Source: Gemmatimonadota bacterium (lineage in GTDB: Bacteria; Gemmatimonadota; Gemmatimonadetes; Palauibacterales; Palauibacteraceae). From it: DNA of 64,000 nucleotides. A program made the position numbers and the translations under genes. The stretch spans positions 1,568,001 to 1,632,000 of the forward strand of contig OZ220691.1 of NCBI GenBank assembly GCA_965116475.1. The letters run 5' to 3'. Positions within the stretch are counted from its first letter, which is position 1, and each line of letters opens with the position of its first letter. A model generated the notes under the pieces. It saw only the letters and a list, made by a program, of their open reading frames with translations. It made no database searches and had not been told where the DNA came from. This document shows, piece after piece, positions 1 through 9,756 of this stretch.

Positions 1-978
1 CTCCTTGAGGAGGAAGCCGCCGAACACGGTCGCCAGGGGGACGATCATGGTGAGCACGCCGGCCATGGTGGTGTCGAGCGCGGCGCGTACCGGGAGGAGT
101 CTCGTGCCGACGACGATGGCGAGGGTGAGGCCGAGCGCCACGACGACGCCCTTGAGGATGTCGAGGTCGAGCCACCAGGTGGCGGCCACGAGCGTGACGA
201 CGGGCACGATGAAGTGCCACGGGCGGGCGCGCTCGGCGGCGCGGGGATCGGTCTCGCCTTCGAGCTTCGCCTCGTCGAGGCCCGGAGGAACGACCTCGCC
301 GGTCTCGCGGGCGCGCCGCTCCGCCCTGCGCATGGGGCCGATGGCGGGGACGAGGCCGATCCCCACCAGGAGCGCCAGCGCGACGGCGACCCACGCGTAG
401 AGCATGTACGGGATCGCATCGATGTAGAGCGCGAGTCCGCGGCCCGAAGCCGCCCACCCCGTCTCCTCGAGGAGGCCGGAGAAATAGGCGGCCCAGGTCG
501 AGATCGGCACGAGGATGCACACGGGCGCGGCGGTGGAGTCCACCACGTAGGCGAGCATCTCGCGCGACACGCGGTGCCGGTCGGTGAAGCGCTTCACGGA
601 GGAACTGACCGCGAGGACGTTCAGGTAGTCGTCGATGAAGACGGCGAGTCCGAGGAGCCACGTCGCGGCCAGCGAGCCGCCGCGCGTGCGGATGCGCGCC
701 GATGCCGCGTCGCCGAAGCGGGCCGCGGCGCCCACCCGGACGAGCAGCGTGATGAGGCTGCCGAAGAGCGCGCAGACGAGGATGATCCAGCCCACGGTCT
801 CGTTCCGCATGACCGCGACCATGCCGTCCGTGAAGGCGGTGAGCGGGTCCCGGGGCGCGAGGATCGCGAACCCGACGAGCGCCCCCGCGATGAGGGATTC
901 GACGGGGCGCCGCGTCGCCACGGCAACGGCCAGGACGACGGCGGTGGGGATCAGGCTTACGACCCCGAAGTGCTCCAG
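1..978 (-). CDS. Na+/H+ antiporter NhaC family protein (3' part runs off the window; probable CTG start)
   Basis: Not in the ORF track; manual translation gives LEHFGVVSLIPTAVVLAVAVATRRPVESL...VFIDDYLN...SREMLAYVVDSTAAP, with NhaC-family motifs and many TM helices. AGGGAG lies 6 nt before CTG at 978. Confidence 0.85.
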   Translation of the reverse strand, partial: MEHFGVVSLIPTAVVLAVAVATRRPVESLIAGALVGFAILAPRDPLTAFTDGMVAVMRNETVGWIILVCALFGSLITLLVRVGAAARFGDAASARIRTRGGSLAATWLLGLAVFIDDYLNVLAVSSSVKRFTDRHRVSREMLAYVVDSTAAPVCILVPISTWAAYFSGLLEETGWAASGRGLALYIDAIPYMLYAWVAVALALLVGIGLVPAIGPMRRAERRARETGEVVPPGLDEAKLEGETDPRAAERARPWHFIVPVVTLVAATWWLDLDILKGVVVALGLTLAIVVGTRLLPVRAALDTTMAGVLTMIVPLATVFGGFLLKE

Positions 979-1029
979 CGGCAGCTCCCTTCTCCGGAGG
1001 CGAGATTCGCGCCCCGGCCAGCGGTTCAG

Positions 1030-1917
1030 CTAGCCGAGGCGGACCTCGTCGCCGACGCGTACGGTGCCGGGCCCGTCCACCTCGCATTTCACGCCGACGT
1101 TCCCCTCGTTGTGGTCGAAGGCGGCGCGCAGCACTCGCGGATCCTTCGGGAGATCTCCCAGCGGGAGCGTGACCATCACGCAGCGCATGCACGGCTTCGT
1201 CACCCGCAGGCGCGCCCCGCCGATCTCGAGCGTGCCGCCCACCCAGTCGTTCTCGACGAAGCCCCGCGCCCCGGCGACGGGTTCGATCACGAGGTTCGGG
1301 CGGAAGCGGCCCACGTGGAAGTCGCTCTCCGGGACGAGTACCCGCAGGTGGTCGAGGCTCGCGGTCGTCAGGGCGTGGAGGCCGGAACTGTCGAAGAAGG
1401 TCCCGGGCGGCAGTTCCCACTCCGTGATCTCGTCGCGGTACGTCCGCCCGTCCTGCACGAGTCCCTCCATGTCCGGCCAGTGGTACTCGCACGTCGCGCT
1501 CTCGACCGCCTCCGTCGCGAACGCGACTTCGCGGCCCAGGAGCGCGCTCAAGCGGGCCTCCAGCCGCCGACGCCCCGCGCTCGACAACGTCGTCCCATCC
1601 TCGAACCGGACCCGGATCGACGCGGCCCCGTTCTCCCGTTCGAAGCTCGCCGAAAGGCCGTAGACGGCTCCCCACAGCCGCGGCCGCTTCGCGCTCACCA
1701 CGCGGCCGGTCTCGCGGTCCACCAGCGCGCCGGCCCGGTCGCCCTCCATCCCGCGCGCCGTGATCCGCGCCGCCTCAAGGCGTTCTCCTCCCATGGATTT
1801 CACGGGATAGCGGTACAGGCCCACGACGCGCCCCACGACCGTTCCCCGCGCCGCACCCCGCGCCGCGCCCCGCGCAGCCCCCGCCTCCGCTCCGTCCCTT
1901 GCCGGGTGGGCGCTCAT
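1030..1917 (-). CDS. MOSC domain-containing protein
   Basis: LYRYPVKSM, RFRPNLVI and PCxRC motifs; ATG at 1917 overlaps the upstream stop. Confidence 0.9.
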   Translation of the reverse strand: MSAHPARDGAEAGAARGAARGAARGTVVGRVVGLYRYPVKSMGGERLEAARITARGMEGDRAGALVDRETGRVVSAKRPRLWGAVYGLSASFERENGAASIRVRFEDGTTLSSAGRRRLEARLSALLGREVAFATEAVESATCEYHWPDMEGLVQDGRTYRDEITEWELPPGTFFDSSGLHALTTASLDHLRVLVPESDFHVGRFRPNLVIEPVAGARGFVENDWVGGTLEIGGARLRVTKPCMRCVMVTLPLGDLPKDPRVLRAAFDHNEGNVGVKCEVDGPGTVRVGDEVRLG

Positions 1918-3188
1918 CGGACGAGCGACACGAGGTAGGCGAGGCCGGTCCCGCCGAGGAGGACGAGTCCCACCCAGGTCAGCGTCACCATGCCGCGGCC
2001 CGGCCGGTGCTCGGGCGGCACGGCCTCCGACGTCACGGCGCGGAGGTTGAAGTAGCCGAGGATGGGCGCGGTGAGGAACGCCACCGTCGTCGCGAAGTCC
2101 ACCATCGCGGTGAGGCTGCCGGAGAAGCCGAGGAGGATGAAGAAGGCGATGACGGGGAGCGTGATCATGCTCCACCAGTAGACGCGTCCCACGCGGGTCA
2201 CGGTGTCCGCCGCGACGGTCCCCCGCAGGTTCGCCAGCGTGCGCTCGATCGCGCGCGGGAAGCCGTCGGTCACGGCGAGGAGGCTGGAGAAGATCGTCGC
2301 CATCGCCGCTACGAGCACGATGGGACGGGACCACGAACCCAGCGTCGTGCTGTACATGTCGACGAGTTGCGTGGAGAAGACGGCCCCCGCGTCGCTGAGG
2401 GTGACGTCCGCCTGGTAGAGGACGGTGGCCCCCACCGACACGAAGATGAGGGCGAGGATGCCGGTGCCGACGAAGCCCACGAGGAAATCGCGCTTCGCGT
2501 CGGCGACCGAGGTCCGCGCGCCCGTCGTCTTGTCTTTGGCGAGCGTCCACAGGCTGCTCCACACCGCCACGTCGACGGGCGAGGGCATCCATCCAATGAG
2601 GGCGAGGAGGAAGGCGAAGGGGACGACGGTGCCGACGACGTCGCCCGGCCACAGCGCCAGCGTCGAGAGGTCGGCGCGCGGCGCGGCCACGAGCGCGGTC
2701 GCCACGGTCGAGACGACGAGCATGGCGAGCAGGATCTTGATCGTGATGTCGAGGCCGCGGAAACGCCCCACCGCGAGCACCGCCACGCAGGCGCCCATCA
2801 GCACGGCCCCCGTCGCCGCCAGCGGCCACTCCGCACCGAAGGCGTAGCGCGTGAGGAAGGCCATGAACATCGCGAGCGCCGCCAGCGAGATGATCGCGGT
2901 GACCAGGGTGATGGCGAGGAAGAGCCACAGCGCCCAGCGGCCGATATCGCGGTAGCCCTCGACCAGGCTCCGCCTCGTGGCCGCCGCGTAACGCGCCCCG
3001 TACTCGAAGAAGGGATACTTGAGGACGAGCGCGAAGACGATCACGCCGACGAAGGCGAACCCCGCCTCTCCCCCGGCGCGGGTCGACTGCACGAGGTGGG
3101 AGACGCCGATGGAGGTTGCGGCCCAAATGAGACCGGGGCCGAAGCTCCGCCAGAAGCTGGAGCGGGAACGCGCGGCGGGTTCGTTCAT
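1914..3188 (-). CDS. Nramp-family divalent cation transporter-like protein
   Basis: GPGLIWAATSIGVSHLVQSTRAG, KYPFFEYGARY, DGFPR; about 11 TM helices. Confidence 0.85.
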   Translation of the reverse strand: MNEPAARSRSSFWRSFGPGLIWAATSIGVSHLVQSTRAGGEAGFAFVGVIVFALVLKYPFFEYGARYAAATRRSLVEGYRDIGRWALWLFLAITLVTAIISLAALAMFMAFLTRYAFGAEWPLAATGAVLMGACVAVLAVGRFRGLDITIKILLAMLVVSTVATALVAAPRADLSTLALWPGDVVGTVVPFAFLLALIGWMPSPVDVAVWSSLWTLAKDKTTGARTSVADAKRDFLVGFVGTGILALIFVSVGATVLYQADVTLSDAGAVFSTQLVDMYSTTLGSWSRPIVLVAAMATIFSSLLAVTDGFPRAIERTLANLRGTVAADTVTRVGRVYWWSMITLPVIAFFILLGFSGSLTAMVDFATTVAFLTAPILGYFNLRAVTSEAVPPEHRPGRGMVTLTWVGLVLLGGTGLAYLVSLVR

Positions 3189-3328
3189 GGGCTTCTCCGG
3201 CCGACCGTGGGTCGCGGGGATGTGTGGAGCCTGACGATGCCCCTCCCCCGCCGGATGGTGCAACGCCGCGACGAACGTGCAATAGTGAGTCGCCGTCCGT
3301 CCAATCCCTGAACGATGGAGAAGGCTCC

Positions 3329-5995
3329 GTGCTATCCACGCTCGCGCTCGCCGCCGCGCTGCAAGTGCCCGCCCAGGCGCCGGAACTCGCTCCCGGAACG
3401 CGCTACGACCCCGAGATCCCGACGCTCGAAGAGGTGGCGGGACACGGGTTCCGCGACGTCGTCACGCCGCCGGCCGACGTGATCCGGTACATGGAGGCGC
3501 TCGCCGCGGCGGCGCCGGAGCGGACGCATCTGATCCAGTACGCGGAGAGTTGGGAAGGGCGGCCGCTCGTCGTCCTCGTCATCGGCTCGGTGGAACGCAT
3601 GGCGCGGCTCGACGAGGTGAAGGCCGGGATCGCGCGGCTCGCCGATCCCCGCGGCCTCTCCGATGAGGAGGCCGAAGCCCTGCTCGCCGAGCTTCCGGTC
3701 GTCACCGCGCTGATGCACTCGATTCACGGCGACGAGATCAGCCCCAGCGGCGCCGCGATGGCCGAAGCCTACCATCTCCTCGCGGCGACGGGGGATCCCG
3801 ACGTCGACCTCATCCTCTCGGAGTCGCTCGTCCTCATCGATCCCCTGGAGAACCCGGACGGGCGGAACCGCTTCGTGTACCAGAACTCCGTCGCGCAGGC
3901 GCGCTGGCCGGACGAAGCCCGCGTCTCCGCCGAGCACGACCCGCCGTGGCCCGGCGGCCGCGGCAACCACTACCTGTTCGACCTCAACCGGGACCTCTTC
4001 ATCCAGAGCCAGGTCGAGACGCGCGGGAAAGTGGACATCTTCCTCGAGTTCCGGCCCCACATCGTGGCGGACCTGCACGAGATGGGAGGGGACGCGACGT
4101 ACTTCTTCCCGCCGACGGCGCCGCCCTCCAACCCCTGGTTCGGGGAGCGGCAGGTCGCGCTCATGGACGTGTTCGGGGAGGCGATCGCGGCGCGTTTCGA
4201 CGAACGCGGGTTCGCGTACTTCAACCGGGAGGTGTACGACCTCTTCTATCCGGGCTACGTGGACATGTGGCCCATGAGCTACGGCGCGCTGGGGATGACG
4301 TACGAGCAGGCGGGCGCCGGGGGGCTGAGGCTGCGGCAGTCGGACGACGACCTGCTCACGTACGGCGACGGCGTGCTGCACCACTTCACGGCGGGGATCG
4401 AGACCGCGCTCACGGCCGCGCGGAACCGGGACCGGATCCTGCGGGGCTACCTGGCCTATCTCCGCGAGGGGATCGCGCTCGGACAGCGGGGGCCGGCCGA
4501 GATCGTGCTGCACTCGGCGCACGATCCGGGGATGGCGGAGCGGCTCGCGCTCATGCTGGCCGAGAACGGGGTCGACGTGTTCCGCGCCTCCGGTCCGGTG
4601 ACGGCCGGCGGCCGGACGCTGGAGGCCGGGTCGAGCTTCATCGTGCCGCTCGACCAGCCCGCGCACCGCTTCATCCACAACATGCTCGACGCGCACGTGC
4701 CAATGGAGGAGGAGTTCGTGCAGCGGCAGATCGAGCGGCGCGCGAACCGGCAGCCGGACGAAATCTACGACCTCACCGCGTGGAGCCAGCCGCTGCTCTG
4801 GGACGTGGAGGCGATCGAGACCGCCGCGACGGGGGCGCGCGGCGCGCGGCTGACCGCGAGCGACGCGGCCGCGCGTCCGGAGGTTGCCGGCGGCGCGGGC
4901 GGCGGTGCGGGCGGAAGTGGCGGCGGAGTCGAGCCCGTCGACCCGTTGCCCGAGGCGCTCGTCGGTTACCTCGTCCCGTGGGGCACGAACGGGGCCGCGG
5001 CGGTCGCCGAGGCGCTGCGTGAGGGTCTCCGCGTCCGGGCGGCCGGTGCGGAGTTCACGCTGGACGGCCGCCGCTTCGGCGTCGGCACCGCCATCCTCCG
5101 GGCGGCCGAGAACGGCCCGGATCTGCGGCAGCGCCTGGCCGGCATCGCCGCCCGGCACCGCGCCGAGGTCGTGCCCATCGACGACGCGTACGTGCGCGAG
5201 GGCATGTCGCTCGGCAGCCGCCGCGTCCGGGCGCTGCGCGAGCCGCGCGTGCTCCTCGTCTACGATTCCCCGGGCGGGAGCTACTCCGTCGGCTGGGCGC
5301 GCTACGTCCTCGAGCGGCGCTACGGCCAGCGCACGACGGCCGTGCGGGCGTCCAGCCTCGGCCAGGCGCGGCTGGCGGACTACGACGTCATCGTCTTCCC
5401 GAGCGGCAACTACGGCGGCGCCGTGGGCGGCGGGCTGCAGGATCGCCTCCAGGCGTGGATGCGCGACGGCGGCACGATCATCACGATGGCGGAATCCTCG
5501 CGCTGGGCGGCGCGGGCGGGACTCCTCGCCACCGAGGCGGAGCGCCGCGGCGGCCGCGCCGAGGGCGACGACCCGCCGGAACCCGGCACCCCCGAACAAC
5601 CGATCGAGTACCTCGACGCGATCTCGCCTGAAGACGAATCGCCGGAGGGCGTGCCCGGCGCGATCCTGCGCACCCTGCTCGACACGGAGCACTGGCTCGC
5701 GGCCGGCACCGACGGCGAGATCGGCGTCCTCGTCGAAGGCTCCCGCGTCTTCCGTCCCATCACCCTCGACGAAGGCGCGAACGTGGGCCGCTACGCCGAC
5801 CTCGAAGACCTCGTGCTGAGCGGCATCGTGTGGGAGGAGTCGCGCCCGCAACTCGCGAGCAAGGCCTTCCTCATCCACCAGCCCGTGGGCCGCGGTCAAC
5901 TCGTCGCCTTCGCCGAAGACCCGAACTACCGCGCCTACGCCGAGGCGACGCAACTCCTGTTCATGAACGCCGTCCTCCTCGGCCCCGGCCGCTAG
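3329..5995 (+). CDS. M14 family zinc carboxypeptidase, exported
   Basis: HGDE (HxxE), NPDG, DLNRD and DLHE motifs; signal peptide after GTG 3329; C-terminal GATase-like region. Confidence 0.9.
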   Translation: MLSTLALAAALQVPAQAPELAPGTRYDPEIPTLEEVAGHGFRDVVTPPADVIRYMEALAAAAPERTHLIQYAESWEGRPLVVLVIGSVERMARLDEVKAGIARLADPRGLSDEEAEALLAELPVVTALMHSIHGDEISPSGAAMAEAYHLLAATGDPDVDLILSESLVLIDPLENPDGRNRFVYQNSVAQARWPDEARVSAEHDPPWPGGRGNHYLFDLNRDLFIQSQVETRGKVDIFLEFRPHIVADLHEMGGDATYFFPPTAPPSNPWFGERQVALMDVFGEAIAARFDERGFAYFNREVYDLFYPGYVDMWPMSYGALGMTYEQAGAGGLRLRQSDDDLLTYGDGVLHHFTAGIETALTAARNRDRILRGYLAYLREGIALGQRGPAEIVLHSAHDPGMAERLALMLAENGVDVFRASGPVTAGGRTLEAGSSFIVPLDQPAHRFIHNMLDAHVPMEEEFVQRQIERRANRQPDEIYDLTAWSQPLLWDVEAIETAATGARGARLTASDAAARPEVAGGAGGGAGGSGGGVEPVDPLPEALVGYLVPWGTNGAAAVAEALREGLRVRAAGAEFTLDGRRFGVGTAILRAAENGPDLRQRLAGIAARHRAEVVPIDDAYVREGMSLGSRRVRALREPRVLLVYDSPGGSYSVGWARYVLERRYGQRTTAVRASSLGQARLADYDVIVFPSGNYGGAVGGGLQDRLQAWMRDGGTIITMAESSRWAARAGLLATEAERRGGRAEGDDPPEPGTPEQPIEYLDAISPEDESPEGVPGAILRTLLDTEHWLAAGTDGEIGVLVEGSRVFRPITLDEGANVGRYADLEDLVLSGIVWEESRPQLASKAFLIHQPVGRGQLVAFAEDPNYRAYAEATQLLFMNAVLLGPGR

Positions 5996-6003
5996 GCCTC
6001 TGG

Positions 6004-6095
6004 TTGCAGAAACACGACCATGAACATTGCAAAACTATGATCAATCGTATTGCAGTAGATCGACCGTAGACGTTGCAAATCTCCAAACACGCTGC
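6004..6095. repeat. Degenerate tandem array, 4 x 23 bp, TTGCA-anchored
   Basis: TTGCA at 6004, 6027, 6050 and 6073; GAYC at unit positions 13-16 in the first three units; AT-rich. Confidence 0.75.
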
Positions 6096-6108
6096 CAGAT
6101 TCACGGTC

Positions 6109-7413
6109 ATGGCACGTAACGATCGATCCGTTCCGGAATACGTCCTCCGCGTCGCGGACTCCGAGTTGACGCGGCGTCTCGCGTCGGCGGGCGCTGTCGT
6201 CATCGAGGGCCCCCGCGTCTGCGGCAAGACGACGACGGCCCGGCAGGCGGCATCGAGCGAAGTGCTCATGGATGTGGATCCATCCGTGCCCGAGGCGATG
6301 GCGGTGGACCCGCGGCTCGTCCTGGAGGGTTCCCCACCCCGGTTGATCGACGAGTGGCAGGTGGAACCCGACATCTGGAACTACATCCGCCGGGCCGTGG
6401 ATGACCGCCCCGGCAAGGGGCACTTCATTCTCACGGGATCGGCCGTCCCCCCCGACGACATCACGCGGCACACGGGCGCGGGGCGGATGGGCCGACTTCG
6501 GCTTCGACCCATGTCGCTGTTCGAGTTGGGTCATGCGAAGGGCCGCGTCCCGCGGGAGCGTGCAGGGGGGCGAGTCTCGCTGAAGCGCCTGCTTCGCGGA
6601 GAGCCCGCGCCGAGCCTGAAGCACGAGATGTCACTCACCGAGATCGCGGAACTGCTGTGCGTCGGCGGCTGGCCGGGACACCTCCGCGGTCGGTCCGTGG
6701 AAGACGCGATGGAGGCCAACCGGGACTATCTGGACGAGATCTGTCGGACCGATATCCGACGGGTCGACGGCATCGCGAGGGATCCCGAGCGGGTGCGGCG
6801 CTTCCTGGACTCCGTCGCGCGCAATACGGCGACGTGCGCCACCGTCGCGACGATGGCCGAGGACGCGGGCGGTTCGGACATCTCGCTCTCGAGCGAGACG
6901 GCGCACTCGTACCTGAAGGCGCTCGAACGGCTCATGGTCGTCGAGCATCAGCGGCCGTGGGCGCCGCACCTGCGCTCGCGGTCGCGGCTGAGGAACAGAC
7001 CGAAGCGGCACTTCGTCGACCCGTCCCTGGCCGTAGCGGCGCTGGGTGCGGAACCGGAGCACCTGCTGCGCGACCTTCAATGGATGGGGTTTCTCTTCGA
7101 GTCCATGGTCGTGCGGGACCTGCGCGTCTACGCACAGGCCACGCGCGCGACCGTCTACCACTACCGCGACAACACCGACCTCGAGGTGGACGCGGTCGTG
7201 GACGGAGGGCCGAGCAGGTGGGCGGCTTTCGAGATCAAGCTTGGCGCCGGACGGATCGAGGAGGCGGCGCGGACCCTCCTCAAGTTCGCGGACCGGGTCG
7301 ATACGGAACGCACCGGCAAACCGGCGGCGCTGGGCGTGATTACGGGAAGTCCGTACGGCTACCGGCGGCCGGATGGCGTAAGCGTCATCCCCGTCGGCGC
7401 GCTCGGGCCCTGA
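6109..7413 (+). CDS. ATP-binding protein, AAA_14 + DUF4143 (AAA ATPase - wHTH - PD-(D/E)xK-like)
   Basis: Walker A GPRVCGKT, Walker B LIDEWQ, ILTGS, KRHFVDP, C-terminal EVDAVV...FEIK. Confidence 0.9.
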   Translation: MARNDRSVPEYVLRVADSELTRRLASAGAVVIEGPRVCGKTTTARQAASSEVLMDVDPSVPEAMAVDPRLVLEGSPPRLIDEWQVEPDIWNYIRRAVDDRPGKGHFILTGSAVPPDDITRHTGAGRMGRLRLRPMSLFELGHAKGRVPRERAGGRVSLKRLLRGEPAPSLKHEMSLTEIAELLCVGGWPGHLRGRSVEDAMEANRDYLDEICRTDIRRVDGIARDPERVRRFLDSVARNTATCATVATMAEDAGGSDISLSSETAHSYLKALERLMVVEHQRPWAPHLRSRSRLRNRPKRHFVDPSLAVAALGAEPEHLLRDLQWMGFLFESMVVRDLRVYAQATRATVYHYRDNTDLEVDAVVDGGPSRWAAFEIKLGAGRIEEAARTLLKFADRVDTERTGKPAALGVITGSPYGYRRPDGVSVIPVGALGP

Positions 7414-7414
7414 T

Positions 7415-7443
7415 CGGGCCGGGGCAGGTGGCGCCCCGGCCCG
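7415..7443. terminator. GC-rich hairpin between convergent genes
   Basis: CGGGCCGGGGC-7 nt-GCCCCGGCCCG, perfect 11-bp stem; no clear U-tract. Confidence 0.5.
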
Positions 7444-7457
7444 TCAAGGTTTGATCG

Positions 7458-9527
7458 TCAGGAGGAGGCGTCGTCGGAGACGGCGCGGGCTTCGTCGTCG
7501 TCGTGCGTGCCGAAGCGCTCGAACCAGGTGCGCAGGAAGAGTTGCGTGCGCAGGAAGTTCGACGGCGTGCTGCTCGTCCCGTGCCACTCGTTGCGGAAGC
7601 GGATCATCGCCGTCGGCACCCGCTCCATCTTGAGCGCCTGGTAGTACTCCTCCGTCTGCGGCATCGGCGTCCGCAGGTCCATCTCCCCCGTCATGAGCAT
7701 GGTCGGCGTCGTCACGTTGCCCACGTACATGAGCGGCGAGCGGCGCAGGTGCTCCGAGGGGTCGTCCCACGGGAAGTGCTCGAAGTTGCGGTACCAGCCG
7801 GGCCCGTCCGTCGTTCCCACGAACGAGAGCCAGTTGGTGACCGGGCAGTTCGCCGAGGCGGCGCGGAATCGGTCGGTGTGGCCGACGACCCATGACGTCA
7901 GGACGCCGCCGCCGGAGCAGCCGTACACGAACATGTTGTCCTCGTCGACATAGCCGCGGCCGATGACCTCGTCGACGCCCGCCATCAGGTCGTCGAAGTC
8001 CTTCGACGGATAGGCGTTCTTGATCGCGTTGCCGAAGTCCGTCCCGTACCCGGAGCTGCCGCGCGGGTTGGTGTAGACGACGACGTAGCCGTTCGCGGCG
8101 TGCTCCTGCCAGCCGAAGTTGAACCCGGTGTTGTACATGCCGTGCGGGCCACCGTGGATCGACAGGATGAGCGGATACTTCTTCGACGGGTCGAAGTCGG
8201 GCGGCTTCACGATCCAGCCCTGGATATCCCAGTCATCCACCGACTTGTACCAGATCTCCTCGACCTCGCCGAGCGTGACCCCGGCCAGCACGTCGTCGTT
8301 CACGTTCGTGAGCTGCATGACGTTGCCGCCGCTTTCAAGATCGAAGGAGACGACGTCGCCGGGACCGTGCGGCTCGGTCAGCGTGCCCATGGCCTTCCCG
8401 TCCTCCGTGAAGGAGCTGAGGCTCAGGAGGTGGTTGCCGCTCGTGACCTGGGTCACGCCCCCGTCCACGGACGCGAAGTGCAGGTTGCGGGTGCCCTCGC
8501 GGTTCACGTTGAAGTAGACGCCGCTCCCATCCGGGGCCCACATGAGCTGCGGGCTCCCCCGCATGCCGCGGTCGAAGTCGCCGGAGATCTGCCGCACGCC
8601 CGAGCCGTCGGGGTTCATCACGTAGAGGTGCGAGTTGCGGTACGTGTCGTCGTTCCAGTCCTGCCCGGAGTACGCGACGAGGCTGCCGTCGGGCGAGGGA
8701 TAGGCGCCCCCGTCCGGGCCGTGGCGCGTGGTGAGCTGCCGGATCGCGCCCGAGGCGACGTCGACCGCGTAGATCTCGGACTCGCGCCAGTTGTACTCGG
8801 AGTCCTCCTCCCGCAGCGACGAGAAGTAGATCTCGCTCCCGTCCCGGCTCCACTGGGGGTTGCCGTGATTCCACATGCCGTCGGTGAGCTGGCGCGGCGT
8901 ACCGCCATCGGCGGGGACCACGAAGATGTGGGAATGGCCCTGGTCGACGTACCCGCGGCGGTCCTGACGGTAATCCATGCGGGTGACGATCTTCGGGCCC
9001 TCCGTCCACTTGGCGCCGTCGGGGCGGCTCGGCAGGTCGATGGGCCAGCTCTCCGCGTCCTCCACGAGCATGGTGAAGGCGATGTGCGTGCCGTCGGGGG
9101 ACCAGCGCAGGCTGCCGGGCGAGTGCTCCAGCCGCGTGATCTGGGTGGTCGCGCCCTCCGCGTCCATCCAGCGGACCCAGATCTGCGAGCCCTCCGGATC
9201 GCCCGAGGCCGTGTAGGCGATACGCGTGCCGTCCGGCGACCAGATCGCGCCGGACCCGTCGAGCAGTTCCCGCTTGCGGGTGCCGTCGGCGTTCATGATG
9301 TAGAGCGTGGACTCCCAGCGGTCGTTGATCTGGTCGATCCATCCCTTCGTGTAGACGACGTGGCGGCCGTCCGGGGAGATCTGGGGGTTGGAGACTCGTT
9401 CCCAGTCCATGTACATGTCGAGGGAAAGGGTTCTCATCCCGTCGCCGTTCTGGGCCGAGACCGGGGCCGGGGCGACGAAGAGGAGAAGAAGCAGGCTCGC
9501 GGCTGCGAAGCGGGCGGCACGATACAT
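7458..9527 (-). CDS. S9 family (acylaminoacyl/dipeptidyl) peptidase with PD40 propeller
   Basis: WSPDG repeats, IHGGP, GCSGGG nucleophile motif, DLR, EWHG; signal peptide. Confidence 0.92.
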   Translation of the reverse strand: MYRAARFAAASLLLLLFVAPAPVSAQNGDGMRTLSLDMYMDWERVSNPQISPDGRHVVYTKGWIDQINDRWESTLYIMNADGTRKRELLDGSGAIWSPDGTRIAYTASGDPEGSQIWVRWMDAEGATTQITRLEHSPGSLRWSPDGTHIAFTMLVEDAESWPIDLPSRPDGAKWTEGPKIVTRMDYRQDRRGYVDQGHSHIFVVPADGGTPRQLTDGMWNHGNPQWSRDGSEIYFSSLREEDSEYNWRESEIYAVDVASGAIRQLTTRHGPDGGAYPSPDGSLVAYSGQDWNDDTYRNSHLYVMNPDGSGVRQISGDFDRGMRGSPQLMWAPDGSGVYFNVNREGTRNLHFASVDGGVTQVTSGNHLLSLSSFTEDGKAMGTLTEPHGPGDVVSFDLESGGNVMQLTNVNDDVLAGVTLGEVEEIWYKSVDDWDIQGWIVKPPDFDPSKKYPLILSIHGGPHGMYNTGFNFGWQEHAANGYVVVYTNPRGSSGYGTDFGNAIKNAYPSKDFDDLMAGVDEVIGRGYVDEDNMFVYGCSGGGVLTSWVVGHTDRFRAASANCPVTNWLSFVGTTDGPGWYRNFEHFPWDDPSEHLRRSPLMYVGNVTTPTMLMTGEMDLRTPMPQTEEYYQALKMERVPTAMIRFRNEWHGTSSTPSNFLRTQLFLRTWFERFGTHDDDEARAVSDDASS

Positions 9528-9756
9528 GATGACCTCCTGCGAAGAGCGGGAACTGTGCAGATCTGCAACGTACACGCGGGCATGTGGGGAAGGAAACCAT
9601 CGGGGACGGCGTCGACGCTGGCGTGCCGGGCCGGTGGGACCGCAGCTTGCATGCACAGTCATCGGTAACAGGGCTGGTGACACCGGGCTGGTGACAGGGG
9701 GGGACGGGGCGGCGGACGGAGCGGCACGGCAGGACGTAACTCCAGGAGAGAACCTC

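Noticed and set aside
1030..1032. Pyrrolysine or read-through fusion of MOSC and NhaC at TAG
   Set aside because: MOSC ends at its normal C-terminus (VRVGDEV), the linker is not protein-like, and no pyl genes are visible; a CTG start is simpler.
5996..7457. DUF4143 gene as an IS or transposon
   Set aside because: No transposase motif, terminal inverted repeats or target-site duplication could be identified at either copy.
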